Notes: generated by a model not told the origin, from the sequence alone. DNA of 64,000 nucleotides from Sphaerochaetaceae bacterium (GCA_024699225.1 JAILPZ010000046.1:1661-65660), one strand, 5' to 3'. Positions 19,418 through 28,526 are shown, numbered from the stretch's first letter. Numbers and translations are program-made.

Positions 19418-21592
19418 TCAGAACAGTCCGATAACCTTTGTCATGTAACCAGCACCATATCCGAGGAAGGTGTTGAGGTATGTGCAAGGATCACCGAAGT
19501 CTGGGCCCCAACCTGAACCGTAGAAGATATCAAAGTTGCCGGCTTCTCCGTTAGATGCTCTGTAACCAGAAGCATAGAAGTCTGAAGATGTTGTAGCTTC
19601 AACATTGTTGATTACAACGTTCTCTGAACCGAGAGCTGCCTCAATAACCTGCTTTACAGCCTCTGACTGTGCAACCTGTGAGTTGCTTGCTGAGTAATAA
19701 ACGTTATCAAGAACGATCGGCCATGTTACAGAATCACCGAGCTCTGCCTTAGCTGCTTCGAGATACTTCTTTGCAGCTTCTGCGTTGTACCATCCGTTGC
19801 ACTGGTCAGCAACTGTGATACCTGCACCGAGCTTGTCACAGTAATACTGAACCATTTCGCCGTACATGGTACCAGCTACGAATGTGTGTCCGTCTTCATC
19901 TGTCTGGTCTGTTGAAAGCTGAACGAATTCAGGATGTGTATACATGTTTCTGAGGTTTGTAAGAGCAAGGTCCTGACCTCTTGAAACTGCGTTGTATGTT
20001 TCCTTATCGAATGCAGAAACGATAGCCTTTCTGAAGTTCTTGTTCATCATAGCTGTCTCTGTATCAATCTTCTGCTGCTCTGTCTTTGTTGATGCAACTG
20101 CACCTGACTCAAGTGCGAATGTTCCTCTGTTGAGGTTCAGACCACAGAAGTAAGATGTTGAAGTTGTATCTGAGACATATGAATACTTGTCAAAGTTTCC
20201 GTCTGCCTTAGCAAGAGCAAGAGTTCCGGAAGCCTCTGTAAGACCAAGACCTGCGTATGTTCCCTTTACGACATCATTGTAAAGAGCAACCGGGTTTTCA
20301 CCATTATCATAGATCCATGTGATGGAGTTGATCTTAACAGCGTTTCTGTTCCAGTACTTCTTGTTCTTTACAACAACAATCTCTGAATCCGGATTGAGCT
20401 TCTGAAGAAGGAATGCACCGTTGTAAACCTGTGATGAAACATCTGTTGCAAGACCATAGTTGATTGTACCTGCAGCATATGCAGCAGCATACTCTTCCTT
20501 ACCGAAGACACCGCCACGTGATTCGTAGAACGGCTTACAGATCGGTGAGAAGCAGCTGTATGTCAGCATGGTGATGAAGTAAGAAGCAGGCTGCTCAAGT
20601 GTAATCTGTACTGTGTATTTATCAATTGCCTTGTATCCTACGTCTGCCCATGAACCACCGGCATAGAGGTATTCTGATGCGCCCTTAACAACACCGTCTA
20701 CGAGCCACTCGAGACCTGCTTCAGCATCAAGCATGTGCTGGAAACCTGCTTCGAAGTCGTAAGCTGTAACTTCAGAATAGACTGTGCCTTCTGATGTGAA
20801 CCAGTAAGCTCCTCTTCTGATGTTGAATGTGTATGTAAGACCGTCATCTGATACTGACCAGGATTCTGCCATTGAAGGAACCATCTGTCCGAGGTTGTTG
20901 TACTGGACAAGGTTATCTGTTGTGTTAACAAGAATCTCTGTATCTGACTGTGAAGATGTGTTGAGAGTATCAAGTGTTACAGGAGCTGTTGAGAATGTTG
21001 TCTTGTAGTCTGTAACAATGTTGTGGCCCTTGCTCTTAAGATAAGCAGCAGCATCATATGTGCCTTCGCCCTTAACAGCAGCATTCCACATTTCAACCAT
21101 TTCAGCTCTCTCTTCCTTTGAGATGAAATCTTCAGAAATGATAATACCATACCATCTGTCATCATCATTTCCCCAGTTGACGTATGGGATTGTTCTATAA
21201 GCAACTCTTGAAATTGTATATGCACCACCCTGTGTTGTTGTCGGGAGCATTACAGCTGAATCAAGAAGATAAGCTTCTGCCTGAGCATAAAGAACAAATC
21301 TTGCGTCATCATTAGCCTCAGCAGCAGCCTTAGCACAAAGTGCTTCGTACTCGCCAAGAACTTCTTCATAGATGGCTTCATCATCACCGCGCTCGTAAAC
21401 AGCAGCAGGAGCTGCAGCAACTTCCTTAACAGGCTCTGCAGCCTTTGTCTCTGCGACAGGAGCAGCAGTAGTAGTTGTTGTAGTTGTTGTAGTAGTTGCA
21501 GCCTCAGCTGTCTCAGCACTCTTCTTTGAGCAGCTGACGAAAGCTGTGAAAACTGTAAGAGCCACTAAAAGCATGACTAAAACTTTTTTCAT
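19418..21592 (-). CDS. oppA: family-5 (peptide/nickel) ABC substrate-binding lipoprotein OppA, 724 aa
   Basis: Lipoprotein signal MKKVLVMLLVALTVFTAFVSC and a Thr/Ala-rich linker. SBP_bac_5-type core ending in GSGWGPDFGDPCTYLNTFL. SD GGAGGA upstream. Confidence 0.85.
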   Translation of the reverse strand: MKKVLVMLLVALTVFTAFVSCSKKSAETAEAATTTTTTTTTTAAPVAETKAAEPVKEVAAAPAAVYERGDDEAIYEEVLGEYEALCAKAAAEANDDARFVLYAQAEAYLLDSAVMLPTTTQGGAYTISRVAYRTIPYVNWGNDDDRWYGIIISEDFISKEERAEMVEMWNAAVKGEGTYDAAAYLKSKGHNIVTDYKTTFSTAPVTLDTLNTSSQSDTEILVNTTDNLVQYNNLGQMVPSMAESWSVSDDGLTYTFNIRRGAYWFTSEGTVYSEVTAYDFEAGFQHMLDAEAGLEWLVDGVVKGASEYLYAGGSWADVGYKAIDKYTVQITLEQPASYFITMLTYSCFSPICKPFYESRGGVFGKEEYAAAYAAGTINYGLATDVSSQVYNGAFLLQKLNPDSEIVVVKNKKYWNRNAVKINSITWIYDNGENPVALYNDVVKGTYAGLGLTEASGTLALAKADGNFDKYSYVSDTTSTSYFCGLNLNRGTFALESGAVASTKTEQQKIDTETAMMNKNFRKAIVSAFDKETYNAVSRGQDLALTNLRNMYTHPEFVQLSTDQTDEDGHTFVAGTMYGEMVQYYCDKLGAGITVADQCNGWYNAEAAKKYLEAAKAELGDSVTWPIVLDNVYYSASNSQVAQSEAVKQVIEAALGSENVVINNVEATTSSDFYASGYRASNGEAGNFDIFYGSGWGPDFGDPCTYLNTFLGYGAGYMTKVIGLF

Positions 21593-21841
21593 TATTATTC
21601 CTCCATTATAGGTTTTTAGAATATAGGTCTTAATATTGTACCCAATTTAATGATTATGACACAATAGAAAAATTTGTATTTTATTTGTAATTTGGCAGTC
21701 ACAATGCCCTGTTTTTGCATAAATATACCGTTTTTAATCAATGTGTCCTTATTATACGGACAAATATCCGTTACGGAGCGTACAAATACTTGTATTGTTT
21801 TTGTATGAGAAACAAAAAGATAACAATTTTTGCATTTTTAG

Positions 21842-21870
21842 AATAAAAAACAGGCGGAAAAGCCGCCTGT
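21842..21870 (-). terminator. rho-independent terminator of galE
   Basis: Minus strand reads ACAGGCGG-CTTTT-CCGCCTGT followed by TTTTTATT, starting 8 nt after the galE stop. Confidence 0.8.
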
Positions 21871-21877
21871 CACATGC

Positions 21878-22894
21878 TTATTTATTGTAGCCGTCAGGAT
21901 TTTTACTCTGCCAGTTCCAGGCATCCCTGCACATCTGTTCAAGATTGTATTCAGTTTTAAATCCAAGGACCTTCTCAGCCTTCTCTGTACCGGCATATAC
22001 GGTAGCAAGATCTCCGGCTCTTCTTGGTCCGATTTTGTATGGAACCTTCCTGCCTGAAGCCTTCTCAAAAGCCTTTACTATATCAAGAACGCTTGACCCC
22101 TTGCCGGTTCCTATGTTGAACACCTCACAACCCGGTTCAGACTTCTCCGAATAAGAGACAGCACACAGGTGTGCTCTTGCCAGGTCTTCTACATGAATAT
22201 AGTCACGAACTCCAGTTCCGTCCTCAGTATCATAATCATCTCCGAAAACAGTCAGATATTCCCTCTTACCTACAGCTACCTGACTTACGTAAGGCATGAG
22301 GTTGTTTGGAATTCCCTTGGGGTCCTCCCCTATAAGCCCACTCGGATGAGCTCCGACAGGATTGAAATAGCGAAGAAGAACAACAGTCAGAGACGGATCT
22401 GCAACACAGGCTGCCCTGAAAATCTGTTCGCTCATGTATTTTGTCCAGCCGTAAGGATTTGTACAGTTTCCTGTCTTGCACTCCTCGTTAAGAGGCATGG
22501 TGTTGTCTGCAGAATAAACGGTGGCACTTGAAGAGAATACAAGGCGTTTTACTCCGTGAGCTTTCATGACCCGGAGAAGAACCAGGGAAGAATTAAGGTT
22601 GTTTGAGAAGTATTCAAGAGGTTTCTGAACGCTCTCACCTACAGCCTTAAGGCCTGCAAAGTGGATTACACCGTCAATATTGTATTTTGAGAAAACCTCA
22701 TCCATGGCTTTTTCATCACAGCAGTCAGCTTTGACAAAGGCCAGGTCTTTTCCCGTTATTTTCTTAACTCTTTCCAGTGATTCAGTATGGCTGTTACTCA
22801 GGTTATCCACTACAACAACCTCATAACCGCCTTCAAGGAGCTTTAAACATGTATGTGAGCCTATAAATCCGGCTCCTCCGGTAACCAGGATCAT
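21878..22894 (-). CDS. galE: UDP-glucose 4-epimerase
   Basis: MILVTGGAGFIGSH, catalytic YGWTKY (Y-x3-K), and a typical GalE C-terminus. The ATG at 22894 has SD GGAGG. Confidence 0.9.
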   Translation of the reverse strand: MILVTGGAGFIGSHTCLKLLEGGYEVVVVDNLSNSHTESLERVKKITGKDLAFVKADCCDEKAMDEVFSKYNIDGVIHFAGLKAVGESVQKPLEYFSNNLNSSLVLLRVMKAHGVKRLVFSSSATVYSADNTMPLNEECKTGNCTNPYGWTKYMSEQIFRAACVADPSLTVVLLRYFNPVGAHPSGLIGEDPKGIPNNLMPYVSQVAVGKREYLTVFGDDYDTEDGTGVRDYIHVEDLARAHLCAVSYSEKSEPGCEVFNIGTGKGSSVLDIVKAFEKASGRKVPYKIGPRRAGDLATVYAGTEKAEKVLGFKTEYNLEQMCRDAWNWQSKNPDGYNK

Positions 22895-22909
22895 AAAAAC
22901 CTCCGGTAA

Positions 22910-22939
22910 TTGAAAAATATAACGACCATATTGTATCAT
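22910..22939 (+). promoter_or_regulatory. putative sigma-70 promoter TTGAAA-N18-TATCAT, with the -10 placed 6 nt before the esterase ATG
   Basis: TTGAAA at 22910-22915, TATCAT at 22934-22939, ATG at 22946. The TTG used as ORF start in the track is the first triplet of the -35 hexamer. Confidence 0.4.
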
Positions 22940-22945
22940 AATGAC

Positions 22946-23983
22946 ATGCCGGAATACAATTTGTCACCGCGAACAAACAAAATCCTAAATCTCTCAGAGC
23001 AGATAGATCCGCTTGATGTAACAAGACTGACCGAAAGTCAGATTAACGAATACAACAAGATGGAGCTTTCCAGGAACTGGACGTTCAAACGTCTTTACCG
23101 TCCGGTAAAGGGAAAGGTGACGGAAGACCTCTTTATTATTCCGATTGAAAACGGCGTTTCCATCTACGGAACCCTTTTCAGAAAAAGAGAAAAATCTGCG
23201 ACAGACCCCACCTCCCTGATTATCTACATTCACGATGGTGGCTGGATGTTCGGCAATATGGACAAGTGCTCGGCAATCTGCGGCAATATCTGTCAGGCAA
23301 CAGGATCAGCTGTTCTCTCAATCGACTATCGTATGGCTCCGGAGTTCAAGTTCCCCGTCCCGGTATACGACTGTTACAATGCCTTCTTATGGGCATATCA
23401 GGGTGCAAGATACTGGAAGCTGGATACGGATAAGATTTACCTTCTCGGCTCCTGCGCAGGAGGAAACCTTGCTGCAGCCGTTTCCCGTGTGGCAAGAGAC
23501 AAAAAGGGACCGGTTCCGGCAGGTCTTATACTTATAGATCCCATAACAGACTGCAGACTGAGAACCCAGAGCATAGAGAAGTATAAGGACCATCCGGTTA
23601 TTTCAAAGAAGATTCTCACATATTATATAAACAACTATCAGAGAGAGCCAAAAGACATACTTGACCCCCTGTTCTCACCGCTTCTGGCACAGGATCATTC
23701 AAGGCTGCCCGAGACCCTTGTCATTGCCTCCGGCAAAAATCCGTTAAGTGATGATGCGCGACTGTATGCTCAGGCTCTTAATTCAGCTGACTCGCCTGCA
23801 AAGATTATCGAGTGCCCGAACGAAATTCACAACTTCATAAACTACCCCATCTCAGACAGATGGAAGGACACAATGGAAGCTATCTCCGACTTTATCAGGG
23901 GAAGAAACGTAAACTCAATTGATATTCTTACCAAGGAAGAAAGGGCTGTTAAAGAAAAACCCCATGTAATTTTGGTTCAGTAG
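22946..23983 (+). CDS. alpha/beta-hydrolase fold-3 (HSL/family IV esterase-like) protein with substituted catalytic residues
   Basis: Oxyanion block IHDGGW (HGGG-type), elbow LLGSCAGGNLAA in place of GDSAGG, NPLSDD in place of DPLRD, and His in EIHNF. The start is uncertain (ATG 22946 versus TTG 22910). Confidence 0.7.
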   Translation: MPEYNLSPRTNKILNLSEQIDPLDVTRLTESQINEYNKMELSRNWTFKRLYRPVKGKVTEDLFIIPIENGVSIYGTLFRKREKSATDPTSLIIYIHDGGWMFGNMDKCSAICGNICQATGSAVLSIDYRMAPEFKFPVPVYDCYNAFLWAYQGARYWKLDTDKIYLLGSCAGGNLAAAVSRVARDKKGPVPAGLILIDPITDCRLRTQSIEKYKDHPVISKKILTYYINNYQREPKDILDPLFSPLLAQDHSRLPETLVIASGKNPLSDDARLYAQALNSADSPAKIIECPNEIHNFINYPISDRWKDTMEAISDFIRGRNVNSIDILTKEERAVKEKPHVILVQ

Positions 23984-24980
23984 TCTGTGAACTCTGCGGT
24001 GGAAGCGCTCCAATAAGAAGACCTATTGCCTCCTGCTTGGTAAAGAAGCCAAGAAGAGTTCTTGTGGACTTTCCGTTTGCGCTGAAGTAACAGTACCAGC
24101 ACTTTTCAGAAGCCTCATAACGCATGTCGCAGCCCATTATGTACGAACTGGCCCAGCCGCGCTCTGACGGAACGAGAATAGGATCTTTTCTGCACTGCTC
24201 AAAAACAAGGCCGTCTTCTGACTTAAGAAGAATCATGGCCGCGCCGGTCTTTTTCTTCTCTTCATTCCAGAATATTCCACACTCAACAGCATAGAGTCCC
24301 TGGTCTGTCTCAACAAGACGCACACTTCCGCAGCCGAGGTTTTTCCACCTGCTGTCAGGGGCAGCCTCAATCAGAGGAGTCTGCCGGGTAACAATGAACG
24401 GGCCCTTTATATCCTTTGCAACTGCAAAACCAAAGTATCTTGAAGCCTTCTGGCCTGTATCCGGAAGAGTCAGATGAGAAGCGCCGAAATAGAGACGATA
24501 TGTGTCGCCGAACTTCAAAAGCTGAGGCCTGGAAATGCCGGGCTTTGTCAGATAGTTTCCTGCATACGGCACATCGCTTGCCTTCAGCAGAAGACGCGGC
24601 TTACTCCACGTAAGCAGGTCGGTTGAGGTGCGCATCTCTATTCTTGAACCGCGCCCGGCCTCCTTGCGCTCTGCACGGCTGCCTGAAAAACGCGTGTCAT
24701 GAGTCTCATACAGAAGATGATAATTTTCACCGTCCCTGAAGATTGAAGGATAATGCCCGCGGAAGGCTATTACCTTCACCGGCTCCCACGCAATGCCCGA
24801 ATCAGAGACAAAGTGATGCACCCCGATCCAGGAATGAAAGAACATGTGCCAGCGGCTGTCACAGGCCTGGTTGGGCATGATAATCTGCGGGTCTGAAAAC
24901 TGAGGAATATGCTTTAGTGAGGGAACTACAGGTTCGTCGCTGAACGGGAACCAGACAAGCTTCTCAAGAGGCTCTGTCAT
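23949..24980 (-). CDS. hypothetical protein, possibly a 5-bladed beta-propeller glycosidase-like fold
   Basis: 343 aa with SD GGAGGG, and overlaps the lspA stop. Repeated aromatic-rich strands (WHMFFHSW, YHLLYETHD, YRLYFGASH, CWYCYFSANG) are reminiscent of GH43/GH130-type propellers. This is a visual impression only. Confidence 0.35.
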   Translation of the reverse strand: MTEPLEKLVWFPFSDEPVVPSLKHIPQFSDPQIIMPNQACDSRWHMFFHSWIGVHHFVSDSGIAWEPVKVIAFRGHYPSIFRDGENYHLLYETHDTRFSGSRAERKEAGRGSRIEMRTSTDLLTWSKPRLLLKASDVPYAGNYLTKPGISRPQLLKFGDTYRLYFGASHLTLPDTGQKASRYFGFAVAKDIKGPFIVTRQTPLIEAAPDSRWKNLGCGSVRLVETDQGLYAVECGIFWNEEKKKTGAAMILLKSEDGLVFEQCRKDPILVPSERGWASSYIMGCDMRYEASEKCWYCYFSANGKSTRTLLGFFTKQEAIGLLIGALPPQSSQTTEPKLHGVFL

Positions 24981-25495
24981 TTGCCCTCCTTCTGAAAGAG
25001 AACTGAAATCATAAACAGTATTACTCCAACAACAACGCAGCTGTCACTGATATTAAACGTAGGCCAGCGGTCCATCCCGAAAAGCCCGTAGAATTTTATA
25101 CTGATAAAATCAACAACACCCTCATTAAATCTGAAAACCCTGTCATACATGGTCCCAAGACCACCGCCCAAAATCATGGCTCCGGTCCACCTCTGAAAAG
25201 CTGTGAACTTACTCTTGTCCGTCCAGACTGCATAGCCGAGAAAGCCAATTACTATAAACGGGACAATCAGGAACACAAGCGTGCGCATAAAAGGACCCCA
25301 GGAGGCACCCATGCTGAACGCGGCCCCTGTATTTCTAATGTGCCAGATAATCAGAAAATCTCCGAAATAACTCTTATAGACAGAACCAAGAGGAATGTTA
25401 TCTATAACCCACTGTTTTGATGCCTGGTCAATAAGAATTATGACCAGAGACAGAATAAAGGGGAGAATCTTACGGACAGGGCTGTTTTTCTGCAT
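24977..25495 (-). CDS. lspA: lipoprotein signal peptidase II
   Basis: 172 aa, 4 TM helices, with NTGAAFS and FNISDS blocks carrying the catalytic Asp residues. Confidence 0.9.
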   Translation of the reverse strand: MQKNSPVRKILPFILSLVIILIDQASKQWVIDNIPLGSVYKSYFGDFLIIWHIRNTGAAFSMGASWGPFMRTLVFLIVPFIVIGFLGYAVWTDKSKFTAFQRWTGAMILGGGLGTMYDRVFRFNEGVVDFISIKFYGLFGMDRWPTFNISDSCVVVGVILFMISVLFQKEGK

Positions 25496-25507
25496 AGTGA
25501 TAATCTA

Positions 25508-26263
25508 TTACAAAGCGCAAGGAACATCAATAAAGACAGTCTTAAGACCCTTCTCCTCTTCTATCTTCTTCATAGTCTGTTTAACTCCGAAAACCTCGGT
25601 AAAATAATGACCCATGTTTATAATTGTAAATCCATTATCCACACAGTCATTATATGAAGAGTAATGAGTCTCACCCGTGACAAGAGCATCCAGTCCAAGA
25701 GAGATAGCCTGAAGCAAATCTGAGTTCCCGTCACCTGAAATTATTCCAACCTTTTTAAGTTCTTTGTCTTTATTTCCCATAACCGAGACAGGTTTCTCTC
25801 TTCCAAGCATTCTGCATATTTCTTCTGCCTTCAGTGGCTTTTCAAGCTCCCCGTACAATCCTGTAGCCCTGGGCCCTACCCATGCGAACGGGTAGGATTT
25901 CTTTATTTTCAGAAGCCTTGCCATCTGTGCGTTGTGACTTAGCTCTTCATGGCAGTCCAGAGGAAGATGGCAGGCATACAGGGCTATGTGGTTTTCCATC
26001 AGAAGCTTAATTCTCTCGTAAAGAGCCCCGGTTACCGGCTTTGCAGAACCCCAGAAAAGACCGTGATGAACAAAGAGAAAGTCAGCTTTCTTCTCAGCTG
26101 CTTCCTTTATGGTCTGAATGCAGGCATCTTCTGCAAATGCCACACATGAAATCTCCTTATCCTCATTTCCTACCTGAAGGCCATTTAATGAAGCATCAAA
26201 CGAATGAAAGGAAGGAGTATCAAACAATTGGTCAAAATAATTTTTAAGTTCAAATACTGTCAT
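25508..26263 (-). CDS. Nif3-like dinuclear metal centre protein (YbgI/GTP cyclohydrolase 1 type 2 family)
   Basis: FLFVHHGLFW and TGETHYSSYND / GHYFTE blocks. The ATG at 26263 has SD GAGGTG; the track start is GTG. Confidence 0.8.
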   Translation of the reverse strand: MTVFELKNYFDQLFDTPSFHSFDASLNGLQVGNEDKEISCVAFAEDACIQTIKEAAEKKADFLFVHHGLFWGSAKPVTGALYERIKLLMENHIALYACHLPLDCHEELSHNAQMARLLKIKKSYPFAWVGPRATGLYGELEKPLKAEEICRMLGREKPVSVMGNKDKELKKVGIISGDGNSDLLQAISLGLDALVTGETHYSSYNDCVDNGFTIINMGHYFTEVFGVKQTMKKIEEEKGLKTVFIDVPCAL

Positions 26264-26283
26264 ACACACCTCGTAAGTTTCTG

Positions 26284-28224
26284 TCAGCTTGCGGGTCTTG
26301 AAAGCTCGTACAGTTTTCTCAGACGGTCTTCAATTATTCTGTTTACCGTATCTGCCGGGAAGGTTCCCTTAACAGAGCGCTCTCCGCTTGGTCTGAGTGT
26401 CAGAATCTCCATTCCCTGGTCCACAGTAGAAACCGGATAAATATGGAACTTCCTCTCCTCTATTGCCTTTACAACCTTCTCCGGGAGAATCAGGCTCTTA
26501 ACATTCTGAACCGGGATTATTACACCCTGTCTTCCTGTAAGACCTGAGGAGGCACAGATATCAAAGAACCCTGTTATCTTCTCGTTTATTCCGCCAACCG
26601 GCTGAATGTCTCCAAGCTGGTTTACAGAACCGGTTACCGCTATCTCCTGACGCACGGGAAGCTCTCCTATGGCAGAAAGAAGTGCAAAAAGTTCAGAGCT
26701 TGAAGCGCTGTCTCCGTCAACTTCGCTGTAGCTCTGCTCAAAACAGATTCCGGCGTAGACAGACAGGGCAAAGTTTCTTGCATACTGTTTTCTAAGATAG
26801 CCTTCAAGAATCAGAAGACCCTTGTCGTGAATCTCTCCTGAAAGCCCTGCTTCATGCTCAATATTTACAATCCCTTCACTTCCCGGAGCAACGGAAACAG
26901 AAATAACTGCAGGAGTTCCGAAGGAAACAAGGCCTCTGTCCATAACGGCCAGGCCGTTAATCACTCCTATCTTTGTTCCCTCGAGAGAAATAATCATCGC
27001 GCCGTTTTCTATCTCCTGGCTTATGCGGCTCTCAGTAATTCCATTTGCAAAATCACGCTCCTGAAGGGCCTTTCTTACAGCTTCTCCGTCTATTCCGTCT
27101 TCCGGTGCCAGATAGTCTGCCTCAGAAAGCAGGTCTGAAACAACGCTGAGTTTTGTTGTAAGCTCACCTCTCATCTCTGCATACCAGGAGCTGTACTTTA
27201 AAAGTTCACAAAGGGCGCTGTCCTTAACTTCCTTCAGATGGTTGCGCTTTGCACTGTCGAGAATGTAGGCAACTGTAAGGCCCATGTTCTCTTCGTTTGC
27301 AGGCATGGAAAAATCAAACTCTGCACAGACTTTAAACAGCCTGAGAAACTGAGGATCTGTCTCACAGAGCCTGTCGTAGAGCGCGTCGCTTCCAAGAAGG
27401 ATAATCTTAACTGTTCCTGCCAGAGAAGAAGCCTCCGGGCGCACAAAACGCTTACTCTGAGAGTCCTCGTCATAGACACTGAAGCCTGAGCTTTCAGCAA
27501 ACAGCTTGATTGCAGACCACAGTTCTCCATGGTCCAGTACCTGATTCATGTTCACCACAAAGAAGCCGCCTGAAGCCCTGAGCAGAGATCCGCAGGAAAG
27601 GTTCAAATGATCTTCTTTATACCTGTGTCCTATCTGCCCGAACAGAGCCTCCTCTGTAGGATGGTACTCACAGACTACCGGAAGTTCCTTTGTCAGACTT
27701 CCGTCCGAGACAAGATTAATGCGTACCCTGTCTGCGCTAAGAGATGCATCCTTTCTTTCACAGAGTGTTCTGACTTTTGTAATAAAGCTTCTAAGCTGTA
27801 AATTATCTGTATCTGAAAATTTTTCTATCTCTTTTGATGCTTCTTCATATCTGCCGTTCTCTATTTCTGCAGCTGCTCTTTCGCATGCATCTCTTAATTC
27901 TGCGCCCTCTGGCGATGTGAGTTTTAGTAAGAGCGGGTGCTCGGGAGATGTGAAATTAAAAGCATAGGCCAGATCGTAATGAGGGCCGCTCATCTTTGAA
28001 GCCAGTTCCTTCACTGCAGTTCTTCTGCCAGTGCCCTCTTCTCCGCTTATGTATATGTTGTAGCCTCTGCTCTTAACGCTCATTCCCATCTTAAGTGCAG
28101 AGACCGCCCTGGGCTGTCCTATTGCACCTGTTTTTGAGTATTTGCCTCTTAAAAGAGAGACAGTTTTTTCATCATATGAGAAGCGCACCTGTGAGGCTTC
28201 AAGTTCCTTGATCTTTAAGTCCAT
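26284..28224 (-). CDS. Lon-like protease (AAA-like N-terminal region plus Lon S16 proteolytic domain), LonB/LonC-like
   Basis: C-terminal VDGDSASSSELFALLSAI (catalytic Ser) and GGINEKI (Lys). The N-terminal P-loop-like sequence is GEEGTGRRT. TATCAT lies 6 nt upstream of the ATG and there is no SD. Confidence 0.8.
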   Translation of the reverse strand: MDLKIKELEASQVRFSYDEKTVSLLRGKYSKTGAIGQPRAVSALKMGMSVKSRGYNIYISGEEGTGRRTAVKELASKMSGPHYDLAYAFNFTSPEHPLLLKLTSPEGAELRDACERAAAEIENGRYEEASKEIEKFSDTDNLQLRSFITKVRTLCERKDASLSADRVRINLVSDGSLTKELPVVCEYHPTEEALFGQIGHRYKEDHLNLSCGSLLRASGGFFVVNMNQVLDHGELWSAIKLFAESSGFSVYDEDSQSKRFVRPEASSLAGTVKIILLGSDALYDRLCETDPQFLRLFKVCAEFDFSMPANEENMGLTVAYILDSAKRNHLKEVKDSALCELLKYSSWYAEMRGELTTKLSVVSDLLSEADYLAPEDGIDGEAVRKALQERDFANGITESRISQEIENGAMIISLEGTKIGVINGLAVMDRGLVSFGTPAVISVSVAPGSEGIVNIEHEAGLSGEIHDKGLLILEGYLRKQYARNFALSVYAGICFEQSYSEVDGDSASSSELFALLSAIGELPVRQEIAVTGSVNQLGDIQPVGGINEKITGFFDICASSGLTGRQGVIIPVQNVKSLILPEKVVKAIEERKFHIYPVSTVDQGMEILTLRPSGERSVKGTFPADTVNRIIEDRLRKLYELSRPAS

Positions 28225-28526
28225 GTTTCAATGATAACAACAACTGAAAAAACGGTCTATCAGAAAGTCCGCTACTTAGAGAGAGCTTTGTTTTGCTACC
28301 TGGATTGTCCAGATTCTTAATTTTTTTGAAAATATAGACAAAAAGGGAATTATTTTTTTCAATTTTTGAAGAATCTAGACAACTTACACCCCGCCACACA
28401 GCACTGAGCTTCGAGAAATAAACTTTTAAATAAAAAATTTTCTTTCAGGGTTTATAAAATAAACCTTTCCCCACTTTTTTCTAGCTAAAAGTTTACATCC
28501 TGCCTCATCCCGCCACCCAGCCTCCA

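Noticed and set aside
21440-21500. Tandem ACN (Thr) codon run in oppA as a possible phase-variation tract
   Set aside because: The run uses mixed synonymous codons (ACT/ACA/ACC) rather than a pure homopolymer or a perfect short tandem repeat. It simply encodes the flexible poly-Thr linker after the lipobox.
21693-21707. Second sigma-54-like element TGGCAG-N5-ATGC upstream of the opp operon
   Set aside because: It matches only 8/10 positions. It also lies on the plus strand, pointing at the 3' end of galE rather than at opp, so nothing is available for it to transcribe.
21758-21773. ACGGA-N6-TCCGT palindrome in the opp upstream region
   Set aside because: The arms are 5 bp and it is a single copy, so it is statistically unremarkable in 285 bp. 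It is noted only as a possible operator.
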